A stretch of 64,000 bases of DNA from a bacterium (lineage in GTDB: Bacteria > UBA8248): positions 2,728,445 to 2,792,444 of the forward strand of contig OZ253442.1 in assembly GCA_965261085.1 (NCBI GenBank). The letters are read 5' to 3'. The notes under the pieces are model-generated. The model was not told where the DNA came from and searched no databases. It saw only the letters and a program-made list of their open reading frames with translations. Both the position numbers and the translations under genes were made by a program. Positions 1 to 8,701 of this stretch are shown here, piece by piece; position 1 is the first letter of the stretch; every line of letters starts with the position of its first letter.

Positions 1-240
1 CTCGTATGCGGCGGCTGTCATCTGGCCGCTGACGGTCAGTTCCCAGAAGGCGACGGATATGGCGCTCGGGTAGCTGAAGGTGACCGGATCGATGTTGCCG
101 GTCTGTCCCATCAACTCCCACCCGCCGATGACGACCACCAGCGATATGAGACGTACATATATGGCGGGTTCCTTGATGCGCTCCCAGGATGCTTTTTCTG
201 CCGTCGATACGCCTATTGCCGTCGGTGCGTCGGTAGTCAA
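1..240 (-). CDS. ABC transporter permease, N-terminal part only (gene runs off the left edge); nitrate/sulfonate/taurine (SsuC/TauC-like) type
   Basis: Own minus-strand translation from TTG 240: (M)TTDAPTAIGVSTAEKASWERIKEPAIYVRLISLVVVIGGWELMGQTGNIDPVTFSYPSAISVAFWELTVSGQM... This is a first TM helix followed by the W-E-L...P...F-x-E-L pattern typical of these permeases. It starts about 14 nt downstream of the cognate ATPase gene on the same strand. Confidence 0.5.
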   Translation of the reverse strand, partial: MTTDAPTAIGVSTAEKASWERIKEPAIYVRLISLVVVIGGWELMGQTGNIDPVTFSYPSAISVAFWELTVSGQMTAAAYE

Positions 241-254
241 AGGTCTGATGCCCC

Positions 255-1064
255 CTATTCGGCGATGAGTTCTGGAATGGGTTCCGGCTCTTCGTCGGGG
301 TTGCGCATGGCTTCCCAGAGGTAATGGCGCAGCGCCTGGAAGCGCTGGCTGCCCCGGAGTTCTTCCATATTCCTGCCTCGGCCGAATCCGGTTTCGAACT
401 GAAAGCGTATTCTCCCCGGCCTGGGCGTCATCACCAGGACGCGATCCCCGAGCAGAAGCGCCTCGTCGATGCTGTGGGTGATGAAGATCATCGCTTTGGG
501 CTCCACCTCGTTGATGCGCAGCAACTCCTCTTGCAGTGTTTCACGCGTCAGCGCATCGAGAGCGCCGAAAGGCTCGTCCATCAACAAAACGTCGGGCTGC
601 GCGGCGAGCGCCCTCGCCAGACCCGCTCTTTGCTGCATCCCGCCGGATAATTGAGAGGGGTAGTTTCCCTCAAAGCCCTCCAGACCCACCAGCTCCGTGT
701 AGTGGCTGACGAGGCTGTCGATTTCTCCCTTCTCCTTGCCCTGTATCCGTAGCGCGTAGCCGATGTTCTGATCCAGGCGCTTCCAGGGGAAAAGCCCAAA
801 ATTCTGAAAAACCATGGCCATCTCCGGCCTCGGACCAGTGACCACCTCTCCTTTGAAGGAAACCTCTCCCCTCTCGCAGAGAATGAGTCCGTTCACGATC
901 CGCAGAAGCGTCGTCTTCCCGCACCCGCTGGGACCAAGAATCGTCAGGATTTCCTGTGTCTTGACGTCGATGTCGATCTCATCGAGCACATGGAGGGAGC
1001 CGAACCATTTCCCGACGCCCTGAAGGCGCAGCGTTGGATTCGAGCCGTTGTCGGATGGGGACAT
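255..1064 (-). CDS. ABC transporter ATP-binding protein (nitrate/sulfonate/taurine SsuB/TauB-like)
   Basis: ORF 255..1148 (-). Walker A GPSGCGKTT, ABC signature LSGGMQQR, Walker B LLMDEPFGALD, H-loop ITHSIDEA. Start placed at ATG 1064 (MSPSDNG...). ATG 1100 or the track start 1148 are alternatives. Confidence 0.9.
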   Translation of the reverse strand: MSPSDNGSNPTLRLQGVGKWFGSLHVLDEIDIDVKTQEILTILGPSGCGKTTLLRIVNGLILCERGEVSFKGEVVTGPRPEMAMVFQNFGLFPWKRLDQNIGYALRIQGKEKGEIDSLVSHYTELVGLEGFEGNYPSQLSGGMQQRAGLARALAAQPDVLLMDEPFGALDALTRETLQEELLRINEVEPKAMIFITHSIDEALLLGDRVLVMTPRPGRIRFQFETGFGRGRNMEELRGSQRFQALRHYLWEAMRNPDEEPEPIPELIAE

Positions 1065-1268
1065 GGATAAAAGGATTCCTGTCGAGAAAAGCGGCTTCAT
1101 GCGCTTCGTTCGGTTGGCGAGATGATTCGCCGCGAGAATGAGGGCCACAGGTCAGACGTATCATGAAAAACGCGACGCTCGCTCACCACCCTGAAGCGTT
1201 TCAATAATTTTGCGAGATTAGCATCCTTTACCGGAGGCGGCAAATATGGGGTTTTGCTCTCGGTCTCC

Positions 1269-1661
1269 CTATTCCTCACCCACGACGGCAATGGCCTGTA
1301 TTTCGACCATCATTTCCGGTTTGGCGAAACCCGCCACCGTGATCAAGGCGCTGCCGGGATATCCATTCGGGAAATACTGCTTTCTGAGCTCGACGAAGCG
1401 ACCCCCGTACTGGACGTTGAGAGTGAACACCGTCATCGTCACGATGTCCTGGAGTTTCCCGCCCGCCCGCTCCAGGGTGCGCTCCATCTGGCGAAACGTG
1501 GCGTGCACCTGCGCGTCGAAATCCCCCGCCAGCACGTTCCCCTCATCATCGCGCCACGCCCCTACGCCGGCCATCCATATCTGCTCGCCTCCTCTCGTCT
1601 TCACCGCTGGCGAAAACGAGCGATCCTCCTGCCAGTCGCCCTTGAAATACTCTCGCGTCAT
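1269..1661 (-). CDS. RidA/YjgF/endoribonuclease L-PSP family protein
   Basis: 130-aa ORF with RidA-family length and layout (...DFDAQVHATFRQMERTLERAGGKLQDIVTMTVF...ALITVAGFAKPEMMVEIQAIAV). Confidence 0.8.
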   Translation of the reverse strand: MTREYFKGDWQEDRSFSPAVKTRGGEQIWMAGVGAWRDDEGNVLAGDFDAQVHATFRQMERTLERAGGKLQDIVTMTVFTLNVQYGGRFVELRKQYFPNGYPGSALITVAGFAKPEMMVEIQAIAVVGEE

Positions 1662-1679
1662 GTCAACTCCTTCTCCGGG

Positions 1680-2888
1680 TTATCGTGTTTCTATTTTTTT
1701 GCCTCTCAACTGCACCGATGTCGAAACGGCCAGCCAACTCATGATCGCAAAACAAAAATAGCTCGCATCCAGATTCACCTGCCCGGCGAGCCACCCACCC
1801 AACAAGGGGGCGAGAAAACTCAAGCCGTGGCAAGTGTAGATAAAACCGACGGATGAAGTGAGAATGTCTCTCTCCGAAAAATCCGCCGCCGCGGTGAGGA
1901 TAATCGGGCTCACGAACCCGACGACGCCGGTCAAGGCGGACAGAATATAAAACCCCGTTTGCCACTGCATGAACGGCAGGGCGAAAACGAAGACTCCCAG
2001 CAGCGTCATGGGCCAGAACAGGGCGGCCCGCGCCCCCCAGCGGTTATACAAGATTCCCATCAATGGTTTGGCAAACATGCCGAAACCGAAATGGAGCGAT
2101 ACGGCCACGCCGATTTGCGCCGTGTTCATCCCCAGCTTCGAGGTCGCCAGCAGGGGCAGAAAACCAATCATTCCCTTGGTGCACATGCTGCGTAAGGTGT
2201 AGGTCGCCGCCAGCCACACCGTATTTTTGTTCTCGACGACCCGCCTGATGATGGAGAAGACTTTCAGATCCGCCGCTTTTCCCGCTTCGCGGATGGAGCT
2301 ATTTTTCCCTACGCTGAACCGGGCGTTCACCAGAGGGAGGAGCGCAATGGCGGGAGCCGCGCAAGCGCCGATGGCCGCGCGCCATCCGACTACCGCCGCC
2401 AGCGCCGCCTGGGCCAGCGGGAGGATGCTGGTTCCGAGGTTGCCTCCCAGGCTGTGCCACGAAATGGCGAATGCGCGGTCGCGCTCGAAGCGATTCGCCG
2501 CCAGCGCCGTTCCGCACGGGTGGTAGACGGAATTTCCCGCCCCTGCCAGAAACGCCAGGGCGCACATCGGCAAGAACCGGCTCACCCACATCATCGCAAT
2601 GAAAGACGCAGCGGAAGCGCCCATACCCATCAGCAGGATTAGTTTTCTGGCGCCCGTATAATCCGCCAGTATGGAAAGGGGGTATTGAAAGATCATCTGC
2701 CCGAGACTGAAAGTGCTGAGCAGGAGTCCCACTTCGAAGGGCGAGAGTTCGAGATCGATGACGATGAGCGCGAGAACGGGAACCAGCATGTTGGAAAACC
2801 CATCGCTCAGCCCGTGGGTCATGCCGATGACGCTTAGATCAAAATAATCGACGAATCTCCAAACCGGTTTTTGCGAATGAGAGGTCAT
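1680..2888 (-). CDS. MFS transporter
   Basis: Hydrophobic multi-TM protein of about 400 aa with an MFS-like two-halves organisation. Start set at ATG 2888 (MTSHSQKPVWRF...), which overlaps the TAA stop of the upstream peptidase gene (TAATG). Confidence 0.75.
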   Translation of the reverse strand: MTSHSQKPVWRFVDYFDLSVIGMTHGLSDGFSNMLVPVLALIVIDLELSPFEVGLLLSTFSLGQMIFQYPLSILADYTGARKLILLMGMGASAASFIAMMWVSRFLPMCALAFLAGAGNSVYHPCGTALAANRFERDRAFAISWHSLGGNLGTSILPLAQAALAAVVGWRAAIGACAAPAIALLPLVNARFSVGKNSSIREAGKAADLKVFSIIRRVVENKNTVWLAATYTLRSMCTKGMIGFLPLLATSKLGMNTAQIGVAVSLHFGFGMFAKPLMGILYNRWGARAALFWPMTLLGVFVFALPFMQWQTGFYILSALTGVVGFVSPIILTAAADFSERDILTSSVGFIYTCHGLSFLAPLLGGWLAGQVNLDASYFCFAIMSWLAVSTSVQLRGKKIETR

Positions 2889-3844
2889 TACGATGCGGGA
2901 ATATCGCGCCAGGCGGGAATGATGCCTCCACCCTCGGCCGACATTACTGCGCGGCAAATCGCATGGCCGACGGCCGTCATGGCGGCAGCCCCGACGACGT
3001 CGAGAGCCACCTCTCGCTCCCCGCGGGAGAGTGCGAACACCATGTCTCCATCCACCGTCGTAAAAGAAGGACGGACCGTACGAATGAGCCCGTTCGTCGC
3101 CACCTGGGCGAGTTTGTGGGTTTCGGTTTTCGTCAAGGAGGCATTCGTCGCGACAGCTACGAGCGTCGTGTTCTCGGAAGTATTGGAGAATCCCTCGAAG
3201 GGTCTTCCGTGGATCCTCAAGTGCTCTTCCGTATTCACGATTCCTTGGTCAGGAGGCATCGCCCTCGGCCCTGCGAGGGGATTCCCCGTCTCAGGGTCAT
3301 AGATGCCGCCAAAGGCGTTCACCGCGGCAACCGCGCCCACGACGCCGCCCCCCGGCAGCGCAATGCTCGCCGTACCGACGCCGCCTTTCATGGCGCGCTC
3401 CTGGCCGAACAGTTTCCCTATCGTAGCGCCCGCGCCCGCACCCACGCTCCCCTGGGGGCCTTCGGCGTTCGAGGCCGCCTCGCACGCAGCGCGTCCCATG
3501 GCGGCGTCCGGACGGACTCGGCCATCACCGAAATGCAGGTCGAACAACACGCCCGCTGCGACCGTCGGTACGTTGAAGCGTCCGGTGGGGAACCCTCTTC
3601 CCTGCTCCTCCAGGAAAGCCATGACGCCGTCTGCCGAGGCCAAGCCGAATGCGCTTCCTCCCGTCAGGACGATCGCATCCACGCCTCCGACGAGGTGTTC
3701 GGCGCGCAGCGCGTCCATGCCGCGCGTGGCCGTCGCCGTGCCGCGCAACTCGCACGCCCCGACGGTTCCGGGCGGACAAAGCACCACGGAGACGCCCGTT
3801 TTGGCCCCATCATCGTGCGCGTGGCCGAGATAAAAGCCCGGCAC
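2888..3844 (-). CDS. P1/S58 family peptidase (DmpA-like L-aminopeptidase/D-esterase)
   Basis: 318-aa ORF: MPGFYLGHAHDDGAKTGVSVVLCP... and the ...ENTTLVAVATNASL... segment are characteristic of the DmpA/P1 peptidase family. Confidence 0.8.
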   Translation of the reverse strand: MPGFYLGHAHDDGAKTGVSVVLCPPGTVGACELRGTATATRGMDALRAEHLVGGVDAIVLTGGSAFGLASADGVMAFLEEQGRGFPTGRFNVPTVAAGVLFDLHFGDGRVRPDAAMGRAACEAASNAEGPQGSVGAGAGATIGKLFGQERAMKGGVGTASIALPGGGVVGAVAAVNAFGGIYDPETGNPLAGPRAMPPDQGIVNTEEHLRIHGRPFEGFSNTSENTTLVAVATNASLTKTETHKLAQVATNGLIRTVRPSFTTVDGDMVFALSRGEREVALDVVGAAAMTAVGHAICRAVMSAEGGGIIPAWRDIPAS

Positions 3845-3922
3845 GTCGGTTATGCAACCTTTGAGATCAGAAGGATTCAGAAGAAAGACTCCTCGTTTCC
3901 TGGCGCATCCACAGAGGCCGCT

Positions 3923-4579
3923 TCAGTCCGCGATTGGCAACTCGCCGGGTGCGCGTCCAGGCAATTCACCGGTCTCAAGGATGCTGTCGATGACGTATCT
4001 GTATTGTTCGGCCGGCACCGCGCCGACCATGACCGCGTGATCGTTCACGACTACGGAGGGGATGCCCGTTATCCCCAAATTCGTGGCCTCCATGTATTCC
4101 TTGACGGCTTTTTCCTTCAAACCCCCGTTTTCAATAGCGTCGCGGAACCTGTCCATGTCCAGGCCGCTTTCCTCCGCCACGTCACTCACCACCTCCGGGT
4201 CAGAGATGTTTCTGTTTTTCGTGAAAAAGGCGGCCAGAAGATTGTCGTGAAATTTTTCCCACTCTTCGGGTCCCTGGAATCTCGCCGCCAGCCCCGCTTC
4301 CGCAGACGGCATCGAGCAGTTCGGAAATTCCGCCTCGCTCTCCCATAAGGTGAAATCACCGGAATCGGGCTGCGAATTCGCATTCGTCCAGTGGTTTCTG
4401 CGGTAATCGTTGAACACCGCCGTGGGGTCCGGCTCTGGCCTCAGCATGAAAACCCGGTACTGAATATCTACTTTACCGCCATATTCCTCTTTTACCTTCT
4501 TCAGGCGCACGGCCGAGTTAAAGCACCAGGGTCACAAAAAATCGCTGTACACCGTCAATCGTACAGGGGCGTTATCCAT
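3923..4579 (-). CDS. DsbA/FrnE-like thiol-disulfide oxidoreductase, predicted selenoprotein (in-frame TGA at 4534..4532 read as Sec; motif U-P-W-C)
   Basis: The ORF track begins at GTG 4510. The same frame upstream reads ATG(4579) DNAPVRLTVYSDFL-TGA-PWCFNSAVRLKKVKEEYGG... This restores the DsbA beta1 strand plus a CxxC motif with TGA at the first Cys. A GGAG sits about 10 nt upstream of ATG 4579. The rest of the protein (..GITGIPSVVVNDHAVMVGAVPAEQY..) is a typical FrnE/DsbA fold. Confidence 0.75.
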
Positions 4580-4640
4580 TGTCTTCTCTCTCCTCTCGTT
4601 CCATCGCCATAGTCTCGAACCCCAACGATAAACACCAAAA

Positions 4641-5528
4641 CTATATCTTCATATGCGCCATGTGCACCTTCACCTTTTCGCCGATGCCCGCGCCCAGGAA
4701 TTGCGCGGCGCTTCCTTCGGGCACGAATATCTCGAGCCGCGTCCAACTGTTGAACAGCGCCCCGAGATCGCCCGTCTTCACCGCCTGGTAGTATTCGCTC
4801 ACCCCGTTGATGACATGATCGCCGATTTCGATGACCGGCAGGTGCGCGGCGTCGTCTTCTCCGTATTCGAAACGCCAGAAAGTCGTGGTGTCGATGTTCG
4901 TCACCAGGTTCCCGTATTGATCGACGCAGATGACCTCGCCGGTGATGGTGTCGGCATCCTCGAATTCCACCGCGGGAAAATCGAAGCGCACCGGGTCGGT
5001 GATGACGGAGCCGAAATCCTCCGGGGGAACCCCGTAGGAAAGATGTCCCGCAACGGGCGCGAAAATATCCCTGCCGTGGAAGGTGGAACTCACCTCGTTC
5101 AGGAAAAACGCATCTTCTTCGAGCTCTCTGGTCCACATATAGAGCGGGTCGTCGTATACGCAGGAGAACAGGCCGTTGTCCGGACCCACGAAATAGTAGT
5201 TTTCGGTGGCGGCTATGACTCCCCTGCGGCTGCTTCCCACACCCGGGTCCACGACCGCCACATGAATGGTCCCGCGCGGGAAATAATGCGCCGAAGAACC
5301 CAGAATCAACGATGCGGCCTTTACGTCGTAAGGCCTGATGGCGTGGGTGATATCCACGATCCGGGCTACCGGATTTATCGCGAGGACAACGCCCTTCATC
5401 ACCCCCGCATAGTGTTCATCGCTCCCGAAATCCGTGAGAAGAGTGACCAGCGGCTGAGCACCGCTTTCCTCTTCGAAATCGGGGGCGCCCTCGTGGAAAG
5501 GATTCGGACGCGATTGATCGTCCGTCAT
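4641..5528 (-). CDS. S-adenosyl-L-methionine hydroxide adenosyltransferase family protein (DUF62, fluorinase/chlorinase superfamily)
   Basis: The N-terminal LVTLLTDFGSDEHYAGVMKGVVLAINP motif and the ~290-aa length are typical. ATG 5528 overlaps the TGA stop of the upstream mtaB-like gene (ATGA). Confidence 0.8.
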   Translation of the reverse strand: MTDDQSRPNPFHEGAPDFEEESGAQPLVTLLTDFGSDEHYAGVMKGVVLAINPVARIVDITHAIRPYDVKAASLILGSSAHYFPRGTIHVAVVDPGVGSSRRGVIAATENYYFVGPDNGLFSCVYDDPLYMWTRELEEDAFFLNEVSSTFHGRDIFAPVAGHLSYGVPPEDFGSVITDPVRFDFPAVEFEDADTITGEVICVDQYGNLVTNIDTTTFWRFEYGEDDAAHLPVIEIGDHVINGVSEYYQAVKTGDLGALFNSWTRLEIFVPEGSAAQFLGAGIGEKVKVHMAHMKI

Positions 5529-6937
5529 GACGCAAGCTCTCCCCATAAGGCATCCGACCTTGCGGCGATGCGGGAAAATCCATTTTTTTCGGGCAAGGGC
5601 GTCAGGCGCACCGGAACAGTGCGGCCTATCCATTCATCAGGACCGGAGGCCAACACGCGGATGTAATTGTCCGACAAGCCGGTGAGAAAACCGTCTTCTA
5701 CGCGGCGGCTCTCGAACAACACGTCCGTTTCTCTCCCCGTTTGGGAGGAGACGAACGCCGTCCATTTCCTGCGCCCCAACTCCCGTAAGGCGCGCGCGCG
5801 GTTTTTCTGCTCGGCTCTTGAAATTTGCCCAGACATTTCGATGGCCGCCGTTCCCTCACGCGGCGAATACGGAAAAACGTGCAGATACGCCAGAGGCGAT
5901 TCCCGCACCCATTCCATGGTTCGCTCGAACGCCTCTTTGCTCTCGCCGGGAAAACCGACAATAAAATCTCCGCCGAGACACGCCCCTTCTATTTTCTTCG
6001 CGATTTCATCGAAACGGCTCGCGCAGCGCGCAGCGGTGTAATTGCGGTTCATCGCCCTCAGTGTTTCATCGTCTCCGCTCTGGACGGGTATGTGGAAATG
6101 GCGGCAGACGTAACTCCCCTCGCTCAACGCGCCCGAACCGTACGCCTCGCCCGCCACGACGCGGATGAGTTCGCGCGTGAATTCCCCCGGTTCCACGGAG
6201 GAGAGCCTGAGGCGGAAATTTCTTTTCATCTCCAGCAATCGGCTCACCAGACGGCTCAGTGTGCTGCGCGGCATCATGTCCCTGCCGTATGCGCCGAGGT
6301 GAATTCCGGTGAGCACCAACTCTTCGTGTCCGCCCGCAAGAAGGGTATCGGCGTGCTCCACGCATGAGGCCACATCCAGAGAGCGGCTCGCTCCACGCGC
6401 GATGGTCGTCGCGCAAAAAGAGCAGGAAAAGTTGCAGCCGTCCTGCACCTTGAGGTACGCCCGCGTCCGGCTGCCGAACTGAGGCAGGACGACGCTCTCG
6501 ATATCAAGGCTCTCCTCGATTGGAGAAACCCGCATCTCGGGCGTCTCATTCCTCAGCAACGGTTTAGCCAGTTCATCGGGGAGCCTGAGCTTTTCCCTGT
6601 TCCCGAGCAGGAGATCCGCTTCCGGGATCAGCATTTTCTCCGCGTTCGCCTGGGCGGAGCATCCTGCGATGACGACCCGGGCGGTTGCGCCGCCCATCCG
6701 CCGCGCTCTGCGCGCCAACCGCCTGCCCTCGCGGTCGGCTTCCGCCGTGACCGTGCAACTGTTGACGACGTAGACGTCCGCCTCGGCGTCAAACGGAACG
6801 AGCTCGAACCCGGCCCCGGCGGAGAGATGCTTCATGGCTTCGCCCTCGGCGTGGTTGAGCTTACACCCCAGATTCGCCAGGGCGAGCCGAAGGGGTTTCA
6901 CGCTTGCGCTCTTCATGGCTTCGCTCGTCTCGTTCAT
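5525..6937 (-). CDS. mtaB: tRNA (N6-threonylcarbamoyladenosine) methylthiotransferase MtaB-like radical SAM enzyme
   Basis: N-terminal UPF0004-type LANLGCKLNHAEGEAM, radical-SAM cluster motif CNFSCSFC (CxxxCxxC), and a C-terminal TRAM-like region. Start placed at ATG 6937 (MNETSEAMK...). The track ORF extends to 7123. Confidence 0.8.
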   Translation of the reverse strand: MNETSEAMKSASVKPLRLALANLGCKLNHAEGEAMKHLSAGAGFELVPFDAEADVYVVNSCTVTAEADREGRRLARRARRMGGATARVVIAGCSAQANAEKMLIPEADLLLGNREKLRLPDELAKPLLRNETPEMRVSPIEESLDIESVVLPQFGSRTRAYLKVQDGCNFSCSFCATTIARGASRSLDVASCVEHADTLLAGGHEELVLTGIHLGAYGRDMMPRSTLSRLVSRLLEMKRNFRLRLSSVEPGEFTRELIRVVAGEAYGSGALSEGSYVCRHFHIPVQSGDDETLRAMNRNYTAARCASRFDEIAKKIEGACLGGDFIVGFPGESKEAFERTMEWVRESPLAYLHVFPYSPREGTAAIEMSGQISRAEQKNRARALRELGRRKWTAFVSSQTGRETDVLFESRRVEDGFLTGLSDNYIRVLASGPDEWIGRTVPVRLTPLPEKNGFSRIAARSDALWGELAS

Positions 6938-7235
6938 TCGGGCTACCTTCAAATGTTGAGAAATGCTACTTTTACAGCGAATCTTACGCTTTGCGCAAAT
7001 TGGCCCGCAAGGGCTGTTTCGCTTGACTAGGAAGAGTGGCAGTTGATAGGGTAACGCCGCCCGTATGAGAGTGAGAACTACTTGTCCGGCCAGGTCACCA
7101 GGGGATGCTGGCCGACACGTCACTCCGAGCGTTTTCCTTGATCCCCTTCTGTCGGGTATGATTCGGCATCGTTTTCAGTTTTCATGACAGGTGTGGTTAT
7201 ATTCTATTTCAGATGATTGAGGAGAGATTCCGTCT

Positions 7236-8102
7236 ATGCGTGGTTTTGAATTCGTGGCGCCGACGACCTTATCGGCGACCTTAAAGGCGGCAAAAGGCAG
7301 AAACACAAAATACATTGCCGGAGGCACCAATTTCCTGCCCGACCTCAGGCATCAGCACGACGGGCCGGCGAAAGTCGTCATCGACCTGATGAGAGTCTCC
7401 GCGCTGCGGGGGATTTCCTCGGCCAAGGGCGAAATAAAGCTGGGCGCACTGGCGACGATGACGGATTTACTGACCGACAAGACCATCCTTAAGGAAGCGC
7501 CCGTTCTGGTGGCGATGGCGGAGAAATTCGCAGGTCCGATCATCCGAAACCGCGCTTCGGTGGCCGGCAACATCATCGACGGGGGGCCTGCGGCCGACGC
7601 CGTTCTTCCCCTGCTCGCCCTGAAAGCGAAGGTGAGACTCGCCAGCGAAAAAGGAAGAAGAACCGTCGGCCTGGATAAATTCCTCACCGGATATCGCCAG
7701 ACGGCCATCAGGCAGGATGAATTGATCACCGCCGTGACTTTCCCCTCCCCCGGCAGGAACCACAAGTGGGGCTATTACAAACTCGCCCGCCGCAACGCCA
7801 TGGCCATCACCGTGGTGGGCGTGGCGGTCGTGTTGAAGGTGAGGCGCAACAAGGTGGAAGAAGCGGGCATTTCGCTGGGTTCCGTTACGGCGACTCCGAT
7901 CCGCTGCTATGAGGCGGAGAAAATTCTCGAAGGAAACGTGGTCGACCTCGAGTTGGCTCAAAAGGCCGCGGAGGCATGCGCCGCCGTTGCGACGCCGATT
8001 GACGACATTCGCGCATCGGCGGAATACCGCAAGCTGATGTGCGAGGTCTTGCCCCGCCGTCTCATTTGCCAGGCCCTGGATATTTCACAGGACAACGAAT
8101 AG
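7236..8102 (+). CDS. Xanthine dehydrogenase family FAD-binding subunit (CoxM/CutM-like)
   Basis: 288 aa. Typical FAD-binding molybdopterin-dehydrogenase medium subunit (..YIAGGTNFLPDL.., ..RNRASVAGNI.., C-terminal ..DIRASAEYR..). Confidence 0.85.
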   Translation: MRGFEFVAPTTLSATLKAAKGRNTKYIAGGTNFLPDLRHQHDGPAKVVIDLMRVSALRGISSAKGEIKLGALATMTDLLTDKTILKEAPVLVAMAEKFAGPIIRNRASVAGNIIDGGPAADAVLPLLALKAKVRLASEKGRRTVGLDKFLTGYRQTAIRQDELITAVTFPSPGRNHKWGYYKLARRNAMAITVVGVAVVLKVRRNKVEEAGISLGSVTATPIRCYEAEKILEGNVVDLELAQKAAEACAAVATPIDDIRASAEYRKLMCEVLPRRLICQALDISQDNE

Positions 8103-8146
8103 AAGACTCCATCGTCTCTTAGAATTTTATCGGAGAATCCTTGAAG

Positions 8147-8701
8147 ATGGCTACAGCGAGCAAATCAAAACGAACCGCGAAGAAAAAATCGAGCGCACCC
8201 GCATACGTGCCCCCCAAGAAGCTGCCCATTTCCTTCACGGTGAACGGCCAGGAAGTCAACACCGAAGCGCCCGCGCACACCACTTTGCTGTATCTGTTGC
8301 GTGACTTGGGTTTCACCGAAGTGAAAAACGGTTGCGAGGCGGGGGATTGCGGCGCCTGCACGATTCTTCTGGATGGTCTGGCGATGAACGCTTGCTGCGC
8401 GCTCGGCGTCCAGGCGGAAGGGCGTGAAATCACCACGGTCAAAGGCATCGGAACGGTGGGCAACCTCCACCCGATCCAGGAAAAATTCATCGAGCACGGC
8501 GCCATTCAGTGCGGTTTCTGTACGCCTGGAATGATAGTCGCCACGAAGGAATTGCTCGACAACACCCCGAACCCCAGCCGACAGGAAATCAAGGCCGGCA
8601 TCGCGGGCAATCTTTGCCGCTGCACCGGCTATGTGAAGATTATCGACGCTATCGAGGCGGCGGCTGAAGAACTTTCCTCGAAGAAAGGAAAAGGGAAATG
8701 A
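8147..8701 (+). CDS. (2Fe-2S)-binding small subunit (CoxS/CutS-like) with a Lys-rich N-terminal extension
   Basis: Cys motifs GCEAGDCGAC, CGFCTPGMI and NLCRCTGY. GGAGAA lies about 10 nt upstream of ATG 8147. The N-terminus MATASKSKRTAKKKSSAPAYVPPKK precedes the ferredoxin fold. Confidence 0.9.
   Translation: MATASKSKRTAKKKSSAPAYVPPKKLPISFTVNGQEVNTEAPAHTTLLYLLRDLGFTEVKNGCEAGDCGACTILLDGLAMNACCALGVQAEGREITTVKGIGTVGNLHPIQEKFIEHGAIQCGFCTPGMIVATKELLDNTPNPSRQEIKAGIAGNLCRCTGYVKIIDAIEAAAEELSSKKGKGK

Noticed and set aside
7124-7235. Divergent promoter elements between mtaB and the coxM-like gene.
   Set aside because: A TATATT box is present (about 7195), but no acceptable -35 element lies at 16-19 nt spacing, so I did not call a promoter.
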